64,000 nt of DNA from Basidiobolus meristosporus CBS 931.73 (lineage: Eukaryota > Fungi > Basidiobolomycota), in the NCBI GenBank assembly GCA_002104905.1, contig MCFE01000151.1:62001-126000 (forward strand), given 5' to 3'. Numbering within the stretch: the stretch's first letter is position 1; each line of letters opens with the position of its first letter. Shown piece after piece: positions 38,001 through 49,580 of this stretch. A program made the position numbers and the translations under genes. Under the pieces are notes generated by a model that had not been told where the DNA came from, ran no database searches, and was given only the letters and a program-made list of their open reading frames with translations.

Positions 38001-39987
38001 CTTTCAATGCAACTGGCTTATACTTGGTATTTGTCTTACTTGTTGTCGATGGAATGAAGTGTTGATCATAAAACAAAATATCCTTATGAACCTGTATGTT
38101 TTGTACTGGAATGGTGTCTGCATTTCTTGGATTATTCTCTTCTGCTGCACAAAAGGTTGCCCTTCTTTTTCGATCGTCAGATGTGATTGTCAGCCATAAG
38201 CTTCCATCAGGTCTATTATCAGCTTGTAGAAGAGATTTTCTCTCATATGGTCGTCCCAACAATACCTCAAAAGTGGGTCCATTGGCAACAATGAAAAAGG
38301 GAGAAGTAACCCTGATTCCTCCAATTTCAATTGGTACAGAGTGACAAAGTCCAAGCATCTTCTCTGTTGCACCTGTAGCAGTTCTCATATTCCAGTCAAC
38401 TTCTGTCGATGGCAATTTGATTTTTTCAAAAGTCATAGCGGTGATAGCATTGATTTCTGATCCAGAATCAAAAACACATTCCACTTCAACATTGTTGATT
38501 GTAGCAGCATAGCTTCCTGTTGTTATAGAGTAAAAGGCTTTTTCCACTTCAAATCGTAGTTGTTCACTTGATAACGTTGTTGATGACTGTTCTTGATAAT
38601 TCTTCAGGATATCTTTGTTCATAGGCTTAACCATTTCTGGTAGTAGTTGACTGAGATTGTTGATGGCGGTGAACATTTCTTGATTTGTAAGTTGTGGAAA
38701 TGGAGATTTCCAGAATTTGTCGATAACTTTCTGTGTAATTGCAGTAGTGTCATACTTAGATTGAGGTTGCAAGTGTTCTTTTTGGATTTTTGATGTTTCT
38801 GGCTGTACTGGTATTTCAACAATTGGCTGATTTCTTTTGTCAGTACACACTTTTTTAGGATTGTTCTCTGTAGAAACATACTTTCTCTTATCAATAAGGC
38901 AATTAAACTCTTCAACTTCCTCTTTTTCCATTAGATATTCTTGGACCTGCCCTGATGGATCTGATATTGTGAGTACGTAACGTTCATTGCTTGGAATTTC
39001 TGCAGTCTTTTGGATTTGTATGAAATTTGATGTCTTGGTGCTTTTACTTGATTCTTCTTGAGCAAGTACATAGGACCTCATTCCACCATAACCTCTGTTG
39101 ATAGGCAAGGGATTTCCAGCAATATCACAGATCTTCCCATAACGATCAATCATAACCTTATGACTGTCAATATCAATATTCAATATTTGACAACCATAAC
39201 AGCTATGCTCAGCAGATTCACAGTACACACAATATTTGGTTTGCTGTGGATAATTACTGGTTGTTTTGGGATTTTCTGGTCTTGCCTTGTTGATGCTTGA
39301 TGATGGTACACTTTGAGAGTCCAACTTAAGCGTCAGTTTTCCTAATGCATCAATCAATTCATTAACCTGATCACTTTGTGGGTTATTTGTACGATGAAGA
39401 ATTTGTTTAGCTGGAGTGGAAATCTTCATTTGAATATTAATGGAATCCATGACTTGTCTCCCGGATTGATAGTTTAACACCATTTGTTTAACATTGTCGT
39501 AGGAGCTTGTAGCCTGAACTTGGTGGCTAATGGCATTACGTATTTCAGGAGGCATATTCATCAGAAAATAGTTTCTTTGATAAAATCTTGGAATTCCAAT
39601 AGCTGCTTCAACATGCCTTGCTTTTGACTCAAACTTTTGAATGTACTTCTGCAAGGGTTGGGTCTTGTCGTAAGGCATTTCTAGCTCATTTAGTGTAACA
39701 AACTGTGCTTCTTTTTGGTATTCAGCTAAAATAGTTTGTTGAGCAGTGTCCCAGTTATAGTTAGCGCCAACAGATATCTTAAATGGGTCCAAACTTCGTA
39801 AGAATCTTGATACTTCAACTTCACAGAGAAAGGGAAACAATTGGATTTTGTTCTTGTGTGATAGCTCAAATGCTGCAGCTATATCGTTAAACTCTTCTAG
39901 AAACTCAGTAACATTCTCTCCTGAGAATTTTACTGGAATGGCACCTTTGAAAGTGGCTATTAACTCTGGGAGTGGTGTATTGGTCAT
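35050..39987 (-). pseudogene. G1 gag-pol (1646 codons: gag, PR, RT, RNase H, IN) with four in-frame TGA stops
   Basis: CxYC-x4-H-x4-C knuckle, VFDSGSEIN protease, DLYSGY and FLDD RT motifs, RNase H, HVDII...DNGE integrase and GPY. Stops at 37516, 36718, 36178 and 35206 are all in frame, with no frameshift. Confidence 0.93.
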
Positions 39988-40032
39988 TCTTGTAACGTTT
40001 CTTGATGCTTGTATAGTGAAAGGTTCAAACTA

Positions 40033-40048
40033 CCCAGGTCCTCCACCA
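40033..40048 (-). promoter_or_regulatory. Putative primer-binding site complementary to a tRNA-Ala-type 3' end
   Basis: TGGTGGAGGACCTGGG, 6 nt inside the 5' LTR. Its complement ends UCCACCA (U70, A73, CCA typical of tRNA-Ala). Confidence 0.6.
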
Positions 40049-40054
40049 AATTCT

Positions 40055-41150
40055 TGTTGTGTTGTATTATGATTAGTTTGGGGCTTGTTCTACAATGTAG
40101 AGGCTAATCAACAATATACAACAACTTCCAGTATGCTAATACTGAAATAGTTTATTGGGAGTTTGATATACCGATAGAAGATATAACTTTCACTAATTTC
40201 CTCAATCTTGGGCTCAAAATATACTGTAGGCAGTGTTTATCACTTCTACAGCAGTGTTCTGACCTTCTGTCGACTAATGGGCTTATTTACTTTTATAGTA
40301 ACTTTTCCTTATTTGGAAGTCACTTTCCTTTCTGAGAAAATATTTCCTAATATGGAAATTCTGAACTCCCCTTTAACCTAAAGGGGTGTGTTGTAGAAGT
40401 CTCTAAAGGGGTCTTTAGACTAAAGGGGTGTCTAAAGGGGTGTCTTTAGAGTAAAGGGGCTTCTTAGAGGGGACTTTTCCGATAGAAAAGTGGTAGTTTC
40501 TTGTAGAACTTAGATTGGATTCTTGTGAGCTTTGCAGTCTCTTTACTGATGTAGTACTGATCAAAGTCAGAATACTCAACAGTGCAAGTGATGCAGGGGA
40601 AGTCTTATAACCTTTAAACTTGTAATCGTAGTGTGGAGATTCTGGAAAGAGAGGCTCTCCCTTTATTTTTCAGCTGGGGAAGTCATATATATGAAAATTT
40701 TGAAGGATCAAAGTTTTTGGGCGATTGCGCAAGCAATACACGTGATACGAAGCTAAAATTTTGCAGTGGCGCAGATCGGACATAGGCGCAGCACCTGTGA
40801 AAATTTCACGTGATTTGATTGGCTGGTTCGAAAGTTACACGCGATCAAAGTCACCATAGTAATCCTAGCAATAAGGCATAGTATATATAATAATTGGACT
40901 CTTTTGGTCATAACTCCTTAAGTACTGCTTCAAATGAGCTGTAATTTGAAACATGTGTTGGCTACTATGTGTTCTGTATGACATAATATTCTTGGGTGGA
41001 TTGCTTGTCAGGGTCTGAAGCATTTGCTCTTCAAAGTTGGAAATTCTTGATCTTTCACTTGTGTGTTACAATAGCAAAAAGCAAAATAAAGAAATGAGTG
41101 CAATATTGGTTTAGAGATATTGTAGTAATGGAATACTTTCCATTACCACA
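40055..41150 (-). repeat. 5' LTR of G1
   Basis: 1096 bp, 4 differences from the 3' LTR. Confidence 0.96.
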
Positions 41151-41939
41151 CATCCACATACAGAGCTAATAGAACTGGATTTGCTCTATCTGGATTACAC
41201 TATATACTATAATCAGCTATACTCCTATGAAGCTCAAAGACTCTAAATAAGAATCTATCTTGGAAAACCAGGCTCTTGGTGATTGTTAGGTTCCATACAG
41301 AGATTCTTTATGCTTGCAGACCAAATGGGGGCTACTTTGGTCAACAGGCCCATCAGGCTGGTCTTTATACATGTCCTCAGCAAGTTCTCCACTCAGCAAT
41401 GCAGTTTTACATCCATTTGATGTGTAAAAACTGATATTTGGCTGCAACAGCAAATATTAATATGATGGAATTTAACTTGGCTACCAGTGCAGAGGTCTCA
41501 GCATAGTCCAATCCATTTGTTTGAGAGTATCTTTTGGCCACAAGTCTTGCTTTGTATCTTTTAATGGTACCATCATCCTTGCATTTTGTCTTCAAGACCC
41601 ATCTGCATCCAATTGATATTTGGTGGATTGATTATTTGACTGAGTTCCAGGTGTGATTTTCCATCAGTGTCTGCTACTCCACAGTCATTGCAGATCTCCA
41701 AGGTTTTGTCTAAGGGCTATTTAGGGCCTCTTTTACAGTCTGCAGCTCATCAATATGGACTGAATAGGAATGGGCTAAGCTTGCACTCTCATTAATATGG
41801 TATTTTGGGCTATTTCTGGTCCTGTTGGATCTCCTTGCTTATGATACAGGATTGATCACTTTTGGGATACTCCTGGGCACTGATTTAAGCTGTATTAAGG
41901 TTGTAGGGTCCTCTAGAGTGAAAAAATACGCACTGGTAA

Positions 41940-42725
41940 GTCTTTTGTAGGAGTTTTTGTAGACACTGGAAGTGATTGGGAGAAGAAGTAGATTGTGTGT
42001 TTTCTGTCAATGATTTATTGAATGTAAGATTAGTATTTGTACTACTACATGATTCTGGCAAAACAAACATGAAGAATACTTTAATAAAGGTCTCAAATAC
42101 ATGCATGCAAAGTTTAGGGCTGTTATAACAACTCATCAAACTTTTATGATCTAGGTACCTAATATATTAGTGAAAATGTTCTGAGTAAATCTCAAAAAGG
42201 GATTTGGTCAGTATTCTCTTATCTTTGTAGGTATTGATCTAAGTGACCAAGTTTGGTGAACATTTAGGTGAAATCACAAGCTTTTACAATGGACAGAAGT
42301 CCCAAGAACTCAGCTGTTAGGCTATTCAGGGGGATGACTATTGCATCTGTGTCATTACTTTACTTATCCACTTGTTTCATCTTGTTAACCTACATGGCAT
42401 ACTCAAAGTCCCTGGGAGAACAGGTAGATTGTGTGACTTTCATTGATTGATATATTGATTGTAAAAGTAGTATCAACATCTCTATAAGGTCTTGGCAAAA
42501 CAAGCCCACACATTTTATATAGAAAGGTCTCAAGAGCATGTATGAAAGGTTTAGGGCTGTTTGGACAGCTTACCAATATTTTATATTCCAAGTAGCTGAT
42601 ATTTTAGTGAAGATATTCTTGGTAAGTCCCAATAACAAGTCTGACCAGAATCCCCCAAGATTTGTATACAATGATCTAAGTTACTCAGTTAGGTGAATAT
42701 TCAGCAACAATTACAAAATTTATAA
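41940..42725 (-). repeat. Two adjacent degenerate copia B LTRs
   Basis: ~41943-42290 and ~42390-42725 each align loosely with 53878-54226. Confidence 0.65.
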
Positions 42726-45300
42726 CCAAGTCAAGAATGCAAAGAATGCTTGAAATGCCTTGAAAGACACTTTTATTTATAGTCAACAGCTAAGAAAGTG
42801 TTATATTACAAAAGTGTTGCCTGGCAAAGAAAGGAAAATCAGCTCTACAGAAATACCCAGGTGGTCAATGAGATGAAATCAGTGGGTAAGTAGGTAGCTG
42901 CCATCTAGCTCTATAGCTCAAGTATACAAGTACAACAAGGTCAAAATTCTCATGGCTACCTGTCTGGTACATTTGCTGCTCATTTCAGCTATGCTAGCAT
43001 ATAGCTGTACTACCCAGTTCACCAATATTAGGTTTTGTATGACATTGACATTGACATTGTGGTTGTCATATATGAGCGTGAAGGATGCTAAGAGAACCTG
43101 GAGAACAACCAGGTAAATAAGATGCTGCCACAAGGTATATGGTATTGCTGGCTACTTTTACTCTGGATAGATATAGTATGCAACCTATAAACAGCTTGCA
43201 GAAAAGATACCATCACCATATTACGGGAGCAGCATGCTGTGGAAATTTTGATAGGCAAAAGAACTAAATTTGCAATCCCCGATATATATGTGCAAGCTAC
43301 GATTAGATATCTAAAATATGAATATCTGAAGGGCATTGGTGGTGCACTGTAGGGAAGCCCACCAACATCCAATATAAGTTCAAAGTGGAGCACGCAACAA
43401 ACCAGGAGTGGATACCTCCGTAGCAGCCACCGCTATAACAAGCCCCCATTATCACACAGTATTGGCAATATGCAAATCATTACTAGGGACAATTGTAGCA
43501 AGATTGCGGGTAGTAGTGGAAGTGGTCTGTTGAGCAGGTAGAAATTAATACTATTCCTCAATAAGTAAATTCATCCAAACAAACCACTTAAACCATAAAC
43601 AGCAAGGGAGTTTACAAGATAATGGGCCATTCGAACGCGCAGCCCAGCCACTGGCAATCACAAATCAGGATCAATCAGGGGAAGGGTGTGGGCTACCGGT
43701 AAAAATGCAAAAATGCAAATTCACAATCTTCACCATGGGTAGCACTGCACCTACCATTCCGAGATCATGGGTTTTACTATGGATTGTAGTTCAAAAATAA
43801 GTGGGTGAGCCTGTATGAGCTCTGAGGCTCCAAGCAACTTGGGGACCGATTGTTCTAGGTACGCAATACCACTGAGGGGTTGGCGACCAAGCATCTGGCC
43901 AATCACAGTCGACCGCAATCTGAGGGCCAGTAGCTCATTGCCACAGGTAAATTAAGATATTCATCCAGTGAGCGCTGCATACTACTCGCAACCATATGGA
44001 ATTCAGGTTGTCTCCAACTGGATCACCTGCTAGATGCAGCAAAGCCAGCTTAGTACTTTGGATGGGAATCTGGTGAACTAAGGATAAATCACCGTTACAC
44101 AGTTCACTCAAGCACCTGGGCGATAGAAAACTCCATACGATGACTACATAGCGCTTACCCTCAGAACGGTTGGTGGGCTTGACACGGTTTTGGGTTGGGC
44201 CTCAATGTAGGGATTAGGAGGTTGAGTGTGATTACACGAAATGAGGCATTTATGCTAATTAAGCTGCAATTCATCCGGCTCTTAGCTCAGATATAGGGCT
44301 GCCGTTTCCAACCTGATTGCCTCACCCATAGGGTACGAGCTCATTCTATTCGATGGAAAAGATCGAGGGCTCCTAGAATTATTCATGGTTCACGACAACC
44401 TAAATAAAAATCCAGGTGACAAGAATAGAACTTCCGGTTTAGGCACATATCAGGCTGTGTCACCTGAGTCCATGGAAGGACTTCTACGTTGAATGGGAGA
44501 AAGGCTGATTAATCTAGAAACAAACAGCCTCCCTAATGAGGCGTATCTTGAGCGAAGCCAATGCTGTGGTTATGCCGAATTAGCAGCATCACCCGAAATC
44601 ATATATTTGGTTGATTCGGTAGTGAACCTAGAGATCTCCACACCCCTCGACCCGGTACAAGCAAGGCAGGCCCTCTCCTGACGGGTGCTGATTCAGATAG
44701 GATGAAGCTCACAACAGAGGCCCCGAAGACAAGAATAGGACTGTCAGAGCCATCAAAGAGCAGAGGTAACCCAGCACAGTTTATCTCGGCATAGTGGGGA
44801 TCAATTCACTCATTCTGGGACGATTCCGATATCATGGCAGGAAACCAATACTTGTTCAATATCACCTAAACCACTCTTATCAATGCCAATCCAGATAATT
44901 CCAAGATTCCCTAAACTAGCAGGTCCCCATGATTGGCCACACCTCTGCGTTGGTGCATAGGTGATTCGGTTTGGTCAACCCATATTAGTGGATCAGCCAC
45001 TGATCTTGCGAACGGATATTTTTGAACAAAAGAAACTTAATTGGATTTCGAATTAGGAATCACCATTTCCACACCACAATTGTTGTCCTGACACCCATTT
45101 CAATTAGCCGTACATTGTGTCGAGTGGATCAATGATCTGATAGTGTCACTCAATGCTAACCTTTGATTAACTGCTGAGATCCGGAACTACAAATGATGCG
45201 GATCTCTTTGATGCGAGGATCGGTCCATTTCAACTCATTCGCGTGAATGTAAACAACGTGGTGATTCTTTCAGGGAATCCCAGTGATAATCGCGACTCCC

Positions 45301-45308
45301 TATAAAAG
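45301..45308 (+). promoter_or_regulatory. Probable TATA box of the zinc-finger gene
   Basis: TATAAAAG about 120 nt upstream of the ATG at 45422. Confidence 0.55.
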
Positions 45309-45421
45309 GCGCCGGGCTGTCCCTCGCCTGCAAGGCACTTTCCCCTTAGCTCGCTTCCATTTGAAGCAATCCCTCCTTCCAAACAGGCCAGGCTACGACT
45401 TAGAAACACCCCGCCAGCCGA

Positions 45422-46651
45422 ATGCACAACGACTTGCACTCCAGCTGCGAATGGAGGAGCCAAGATGTTCCAATACTGATAACCCCTCCTCAGGAGGAAT
45501 GTCTTCCTCAGCTCTCCCCATACCCCACCCGTCTTACTCAAGATGGTCCCGTGTCGAACCAACCACTCTCCAATCCTCCAGTCGCATTCCAGAGCCATGG
45601 CGAGCTCAGTGACGTATTTAATCTCAGCTTCGACCTGTCCGACCCGGAGTGTGATTTATCCGCCTACGGCTCTGTTCAACCATCTCCTGTGCCGTCGCCG
45701 TCCTGCGACACGTTCGGGTTTGAGGAGGATTCCAATGCATACACCATCTCCTGTCGCAGGGATAGCTTTGCGCACTCCGACACCTCTGACCTGAACGACG
45801 AGATCAACAACATGCTGATTCAAGATCTGGCCTACACCAACTTCCCCAACTTCTCGACCGATGCACTTTCCTCCCTCCAACCCACCTACGTTGGCCGAGC
45901 CCGTTCAGCCAGTTGCACCATACGATCAGCACCACACCTGTCTGAAGCGGTCTTTTCCAGCCCTTCTCCCTACGCTAGCCCCCATATATCAAGACATAGC
46001 ATCTCAGACCTATCCTTCGCCGCTCATACCCCGGGGATGGCGCGGTCCAGAGCCAATAGTCTATCCTCGCTTCCTCCCCATTCTTCAATAATTCCATTGC
46101 AGCCGACCGACCAGAGTTTCTACCCCATGCTGCCGGGGAGCTATGCCCCCGGTCCATCTCCATCAACATCGCCCGCAGTGGATCGGTTTCCTATCCGGCT
46201 CGAAGGCTCGGCCGAGTCCTTGCCCGCACTTTCCTCCTCGTACGGCTCATATCAGAGCCATGGCTATCAGTGGGACAGCAACGGCTCGTCGACTGAATAC
46301 CTCTCCCTGGACGACTCAACCCTTAGCTCGGAATACTTCCATCATTCCAACATGGTCTCGTACAATATATCCGATCTCTCCACACATCCGTACCCCATGA
46401 AGGGGAAGCGATCTCCACGGTCGCACATCTGCCACTTTTGCCAACGGCCATTCACCCGGAAACACGATCTCCATCGTCATATCCGAGTTCATACCGGTGA
46501 TAAGCCATACAGATGCGACCTATGCGGAAAGACTTTTGCCCGAACGGACGCTCTGAAACGGCATTTCCGGGTGGACGAGGAGTGCGGCAAGGCATACAAA
46601 GCCGGTGGCAAAAGCAAGGAGGAGTCCGTACCAAAAGCAGAGGATTCGTGA
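45422..46651 (+). CDS. C2H2 zinc-finger transcription factor (two C-terminal fingers, Ser/Pro-rich N-terminus), Crz1-like
   Basis: Intronless 409-aa ORF with CHFC...FTRKHDLHRHIRVH-TGDKPY-RCDLC...FARTDALKRHF and normal CpG content. Confidence 0.9.
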   Translation: MHNDLHSSCEWRSQDVPILITPPQEECLPQLSPYPTRLTQDGPVSNQPLSNPPVAFQSHGELSDVFNLSFDLSDPECDLSAYGSVQPSPVPSPSCDTFGFEEDSNAYTISCRRDSFAHSDTSDLNDEINNMLIQDLAYTNFPNFSTDALSSLQPTYVGRARSASCTIRSAPHLSEAVFSSPSPYASPHISRHSISDLSFAAHTPGMARSRANSLSSLPPHSSIIPLQPTDQSFYPMLPGSYAPGPSPSTSPAVDRFPIRLEGSAESLPALSSSYGSYQSHGYQWDSNGSSTEYLSLDDSTLSSEYFHHSNMVSYNISDLSTHPYPMKGKRSPRSHICHFCQRPFTRKHDLHRHIRVHTGDKPYRCDLCGKTFARTDALKRHFRVDEECGKAYKAGGKSKEESVPKAEDS

Positions 46652-48751
46652 CGAATCCAGCCGGCTGCCCATCATCGGTGATGGGCGGATGGCTTTGTGG
46701 GGATTGTAGTCATTGTACATTCATACACACCACGACAGTTGCGGTACCAAGAGTTGTGTCACATGCAGGAACTTAAGACCCCGAGCTTATGTTCTGTGTA
46801 GATATATTTATGTATAGTATTCGAATCAGTTTTAATCGCCCATGCTCATTAGAAAGCCCACCATGGCACAGTAGTTGTCTTTCTCTACTGACGTATCTGA
46901 AGACGCGAGTTTGACAGTGCGAGCTTGGGCACACGCCCATCTGATAATAAACCCCCGCTCCGGCACCGACGAGCGAACCTCACCATTGCCCTTTCCCTTC
47001 CATGTGGGCCCAGCATTTGGGTTCAAGTGGGATCATGCTGACTGAAGCTGATACATAGCCTAAGCGGATTTATGGCCTAGGTCTAGATCCAGTTCCCACC
47101 GAAAATTCACATGGAACTATTCTGAGGTGTGACGTAAATGATTGAACACTCCCACCGATTCCAAACCTGGATGCTTATCTGCGCCAAAGAGGACACACAT
47201 TGGTAATCGCGATTCAGGGTTAGATCTTGTTGGTGTACCAATGAGGAGTGGCAGGAGCAGATGTAGATTAATACGTAGATAACGTCCGCAGTATTCGTTC
47301 AACGCGAACCTGATTGGGAAAAATCCGGCACCCACAGCCAGTAAGCTCGAGCTCTGCTCTTGAAGGAAAGATGACCCGTCGCTGGGGCTGTAGAGGCGGC
47401 ATGAGAGCTGGAGGCACTTCGGACGGAGTTGGGAAGGGCTTCACAATGGTAGATGCAGCTAAAAAACCTGAATCTCCGTCGATGAATCACGAAGCGTGTA
47501 GGTGGTCCGATGAGGTTGCTCGGAGAACAGTCTCTACACACTGGTAAACACCGCAACCCGTTTATAGGGATGGTTTTAGATATTGACGCTACGACTTGCC
47601 GAGATGGATTTATCGACATTGTATCTAAATCTAGCTTAATGTTGGTGTCACCACCAACTCCTCCTTGGGTTGCTTTTATGGAGACCGGCTTGATTCATCC
47701 AATCAACCAAGTGCACTGTTAGCTCACCTCAGGTAGCAGGGGGCGGGGTGAGGCTAATCGTATGGATTTCGGTGCTGTGTCGGGTTGCTTGGTGGCACAA
47801 GGCCGTATCCGCGCAATGGTAGTAGAGGCTATTCTGGTCAAACATTGGTGCTTGTCTAATTTTAACCACCCGCCCTCCATTGGATCCACATGCCAAGCGG
47901 GGATATCGCAATATATGGAAAGCATTAAAATACCCAACTCAAGCCTAGGGAGGCCAGATGACTAGGCGCAAACTAACATGCCGTGTCAATAGGGTGAACA
48001 ACAAATGGTCAAATGCAACCTTTTCGGCCACTCATTGCCGTGCTACTGGCATATTGTGTATCACATAACGAACCCCAAACTAGTTCTAAGGCTGTCTGAA
48101 CTCCCATCTAGGCTGATTGTTCGGCATGCGTTGGGAGAATGACTGATGTAACACGAGATGTAGGTGCATCCCAAAGGATGTATTGAAATTAGATAGATCT
48201 TGGGAGGGACTGGATATCAATTGCAGGTAGATGCTGCGGTCAAGAGTTATATATTGATTTCCGCATGAGATGACGGACTGATTCGGGCTGTTTGCTGCTA
48301 AAGCTTAGACATCTCTGCTATGAAGATGCCAGGGCATTCCAAGTGGCATGATTGTTCTGGGTGAAGCCCGTGTGAAGCAGGCGTCTAATGAATCTGATAC
48401 CAAATACCCGTTTGGATGAAAAGGGATAAGGATCTATCAACTCATATACTCCAGGTCTCATTTTACGCTTGTGCCTGCAGATTGCAAAGGGATATTGTGA
48501 TTATTGCTAGCATTCACCAAACTTACATATAATCTCTAGGTTGAAAGTAAGGCACAGACAGATATAGTGCTTTCTTGTCAGAGTACAAAGATGATAGCTG
48601 CTTTACATATTGTATGTCACTTGTAGGTATTAGATTGTCACACAATCCATCAACAGTAAGCAATACATTTGCCCCTTGAAAGATTGGAAATCTGGGCCTT
48701 TTTTTATTTTACAGTCATTTCCACATTTGACATGTCAAGTGGATTTGGGAT

Positions 48752-49580
48752 ATGAAAGGTCCATTTCTACCTGTTAGGGTTCACATCCATTTAGAAGTAG
48801 TAATTGCAACTTGGCAGTGGATTCCACAGACAGGCAAAGCAACTATATCAAGAGATCATGAGACTACCACCATACCTACAGTGGAGTTTTGGAACGTTAA
48901 CAGGCACACCAAGAGGTTGCAGCACTTCTTCAAGAGCAGTGCTCAAGAAAATTCACTTGAATATTGCCAGGATTTATTGCAAAGACCAGCAGATGAGGTG
49001 CTAGACCTTGCAGTGCCAGCTGAAGACCAGTGCATATGGAAACCAGTGAATCAACAATGGCATAAAGCTGTAGGGTTTCTGCCAAAGTCATGGAAAAAGG
49101 TCATTACAGCAGAAACACTTAATGAATGCAGATTTTCAATGAAGTTACTAGTTGAGTGTGGGATTGGGCTTAATGTTATTGTTGGGTATAGGGACTTGTA
49201 TAAGTCAGTACAATTGGCAACTGAGTTACAACTCAGGTTTCAACAGAAATAAACCAATTTGTATGCATAAAAAGTAAGAGTATTGGTTGAGTCAGAAAGT
49301 AAGGAGTGTGAAAAAGAGGCAATAGCCAACCAATATACACAAATGTAGGAGGCAATTGGGTGTCCAGGATCAGAAAGTGAGAGAATTGGCAGACAACTAA
49401 TTAAAAGCCACTTATGTATTGTTGTGATGAAAAATTTTGACCCAGTATTTTATGAAATTTGGGATGCAATTTATTTACAGTCTTTGCATGGTGTCCTGAT
49501 GGGATCAATACCTCTTAGTCACAGGATTTTAATTTTGTGATGGCCTTTTGACAGGATCATCACTATTACCTCTCATAGGG
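48752..49580 (+). mobile_element. CACTA/CMC fragment: ORF2 3' part and left TIR
   Basis: VEFWNVNRHTKRLQHFFKSSAQENSLEYC matches 32122-32535. Ends ...CTCATAGGG at 49580. Confidence 0.8.

Larger units (their letters stand above)
33946..41150 (-). mobile_element. Full-length young Ty3/gypsy LTR retrotransposon G1 (7205 bp), Ylt1-like non-chromoviral type
   Basis: Two 1096-bp LTRs differing at 4 positions by manual comparison. Perfect TSD CATC. Single gag-pol frame, PBS and PPT present, no chromodomain. The Ylt1-like label is from recalled RT motifs, not a search. Confidence 0.96.
33900..41900 (-). pseudogene. Copia RT remnant split by the G1 element (33900-33945 and 41151-41900)
   Basis: Joining the flanks restores VLLALYVDVFILAV. 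ORF KYKARLVAKRYSQ-like sequence at 41407-41595. Confidence 0.7.

Noticed and set aside
35050-39987. UGA recoding or programmed read-through in G1 (four in-frame TGA codons)
   Set aside because: The positions correspond mostly to Arg (CGA), the LTR-LTR differences are CpG transitions, and the host zinc-finger gene uses TGA as a stop. Mutation is the simpler explanation.
43600-48450. Short ORFs in the intergenic DNA around the zinc-finger gene
   Set aside because: They have no recognisable motifs or consistent exon structure, and their lengths are within chance expectation.
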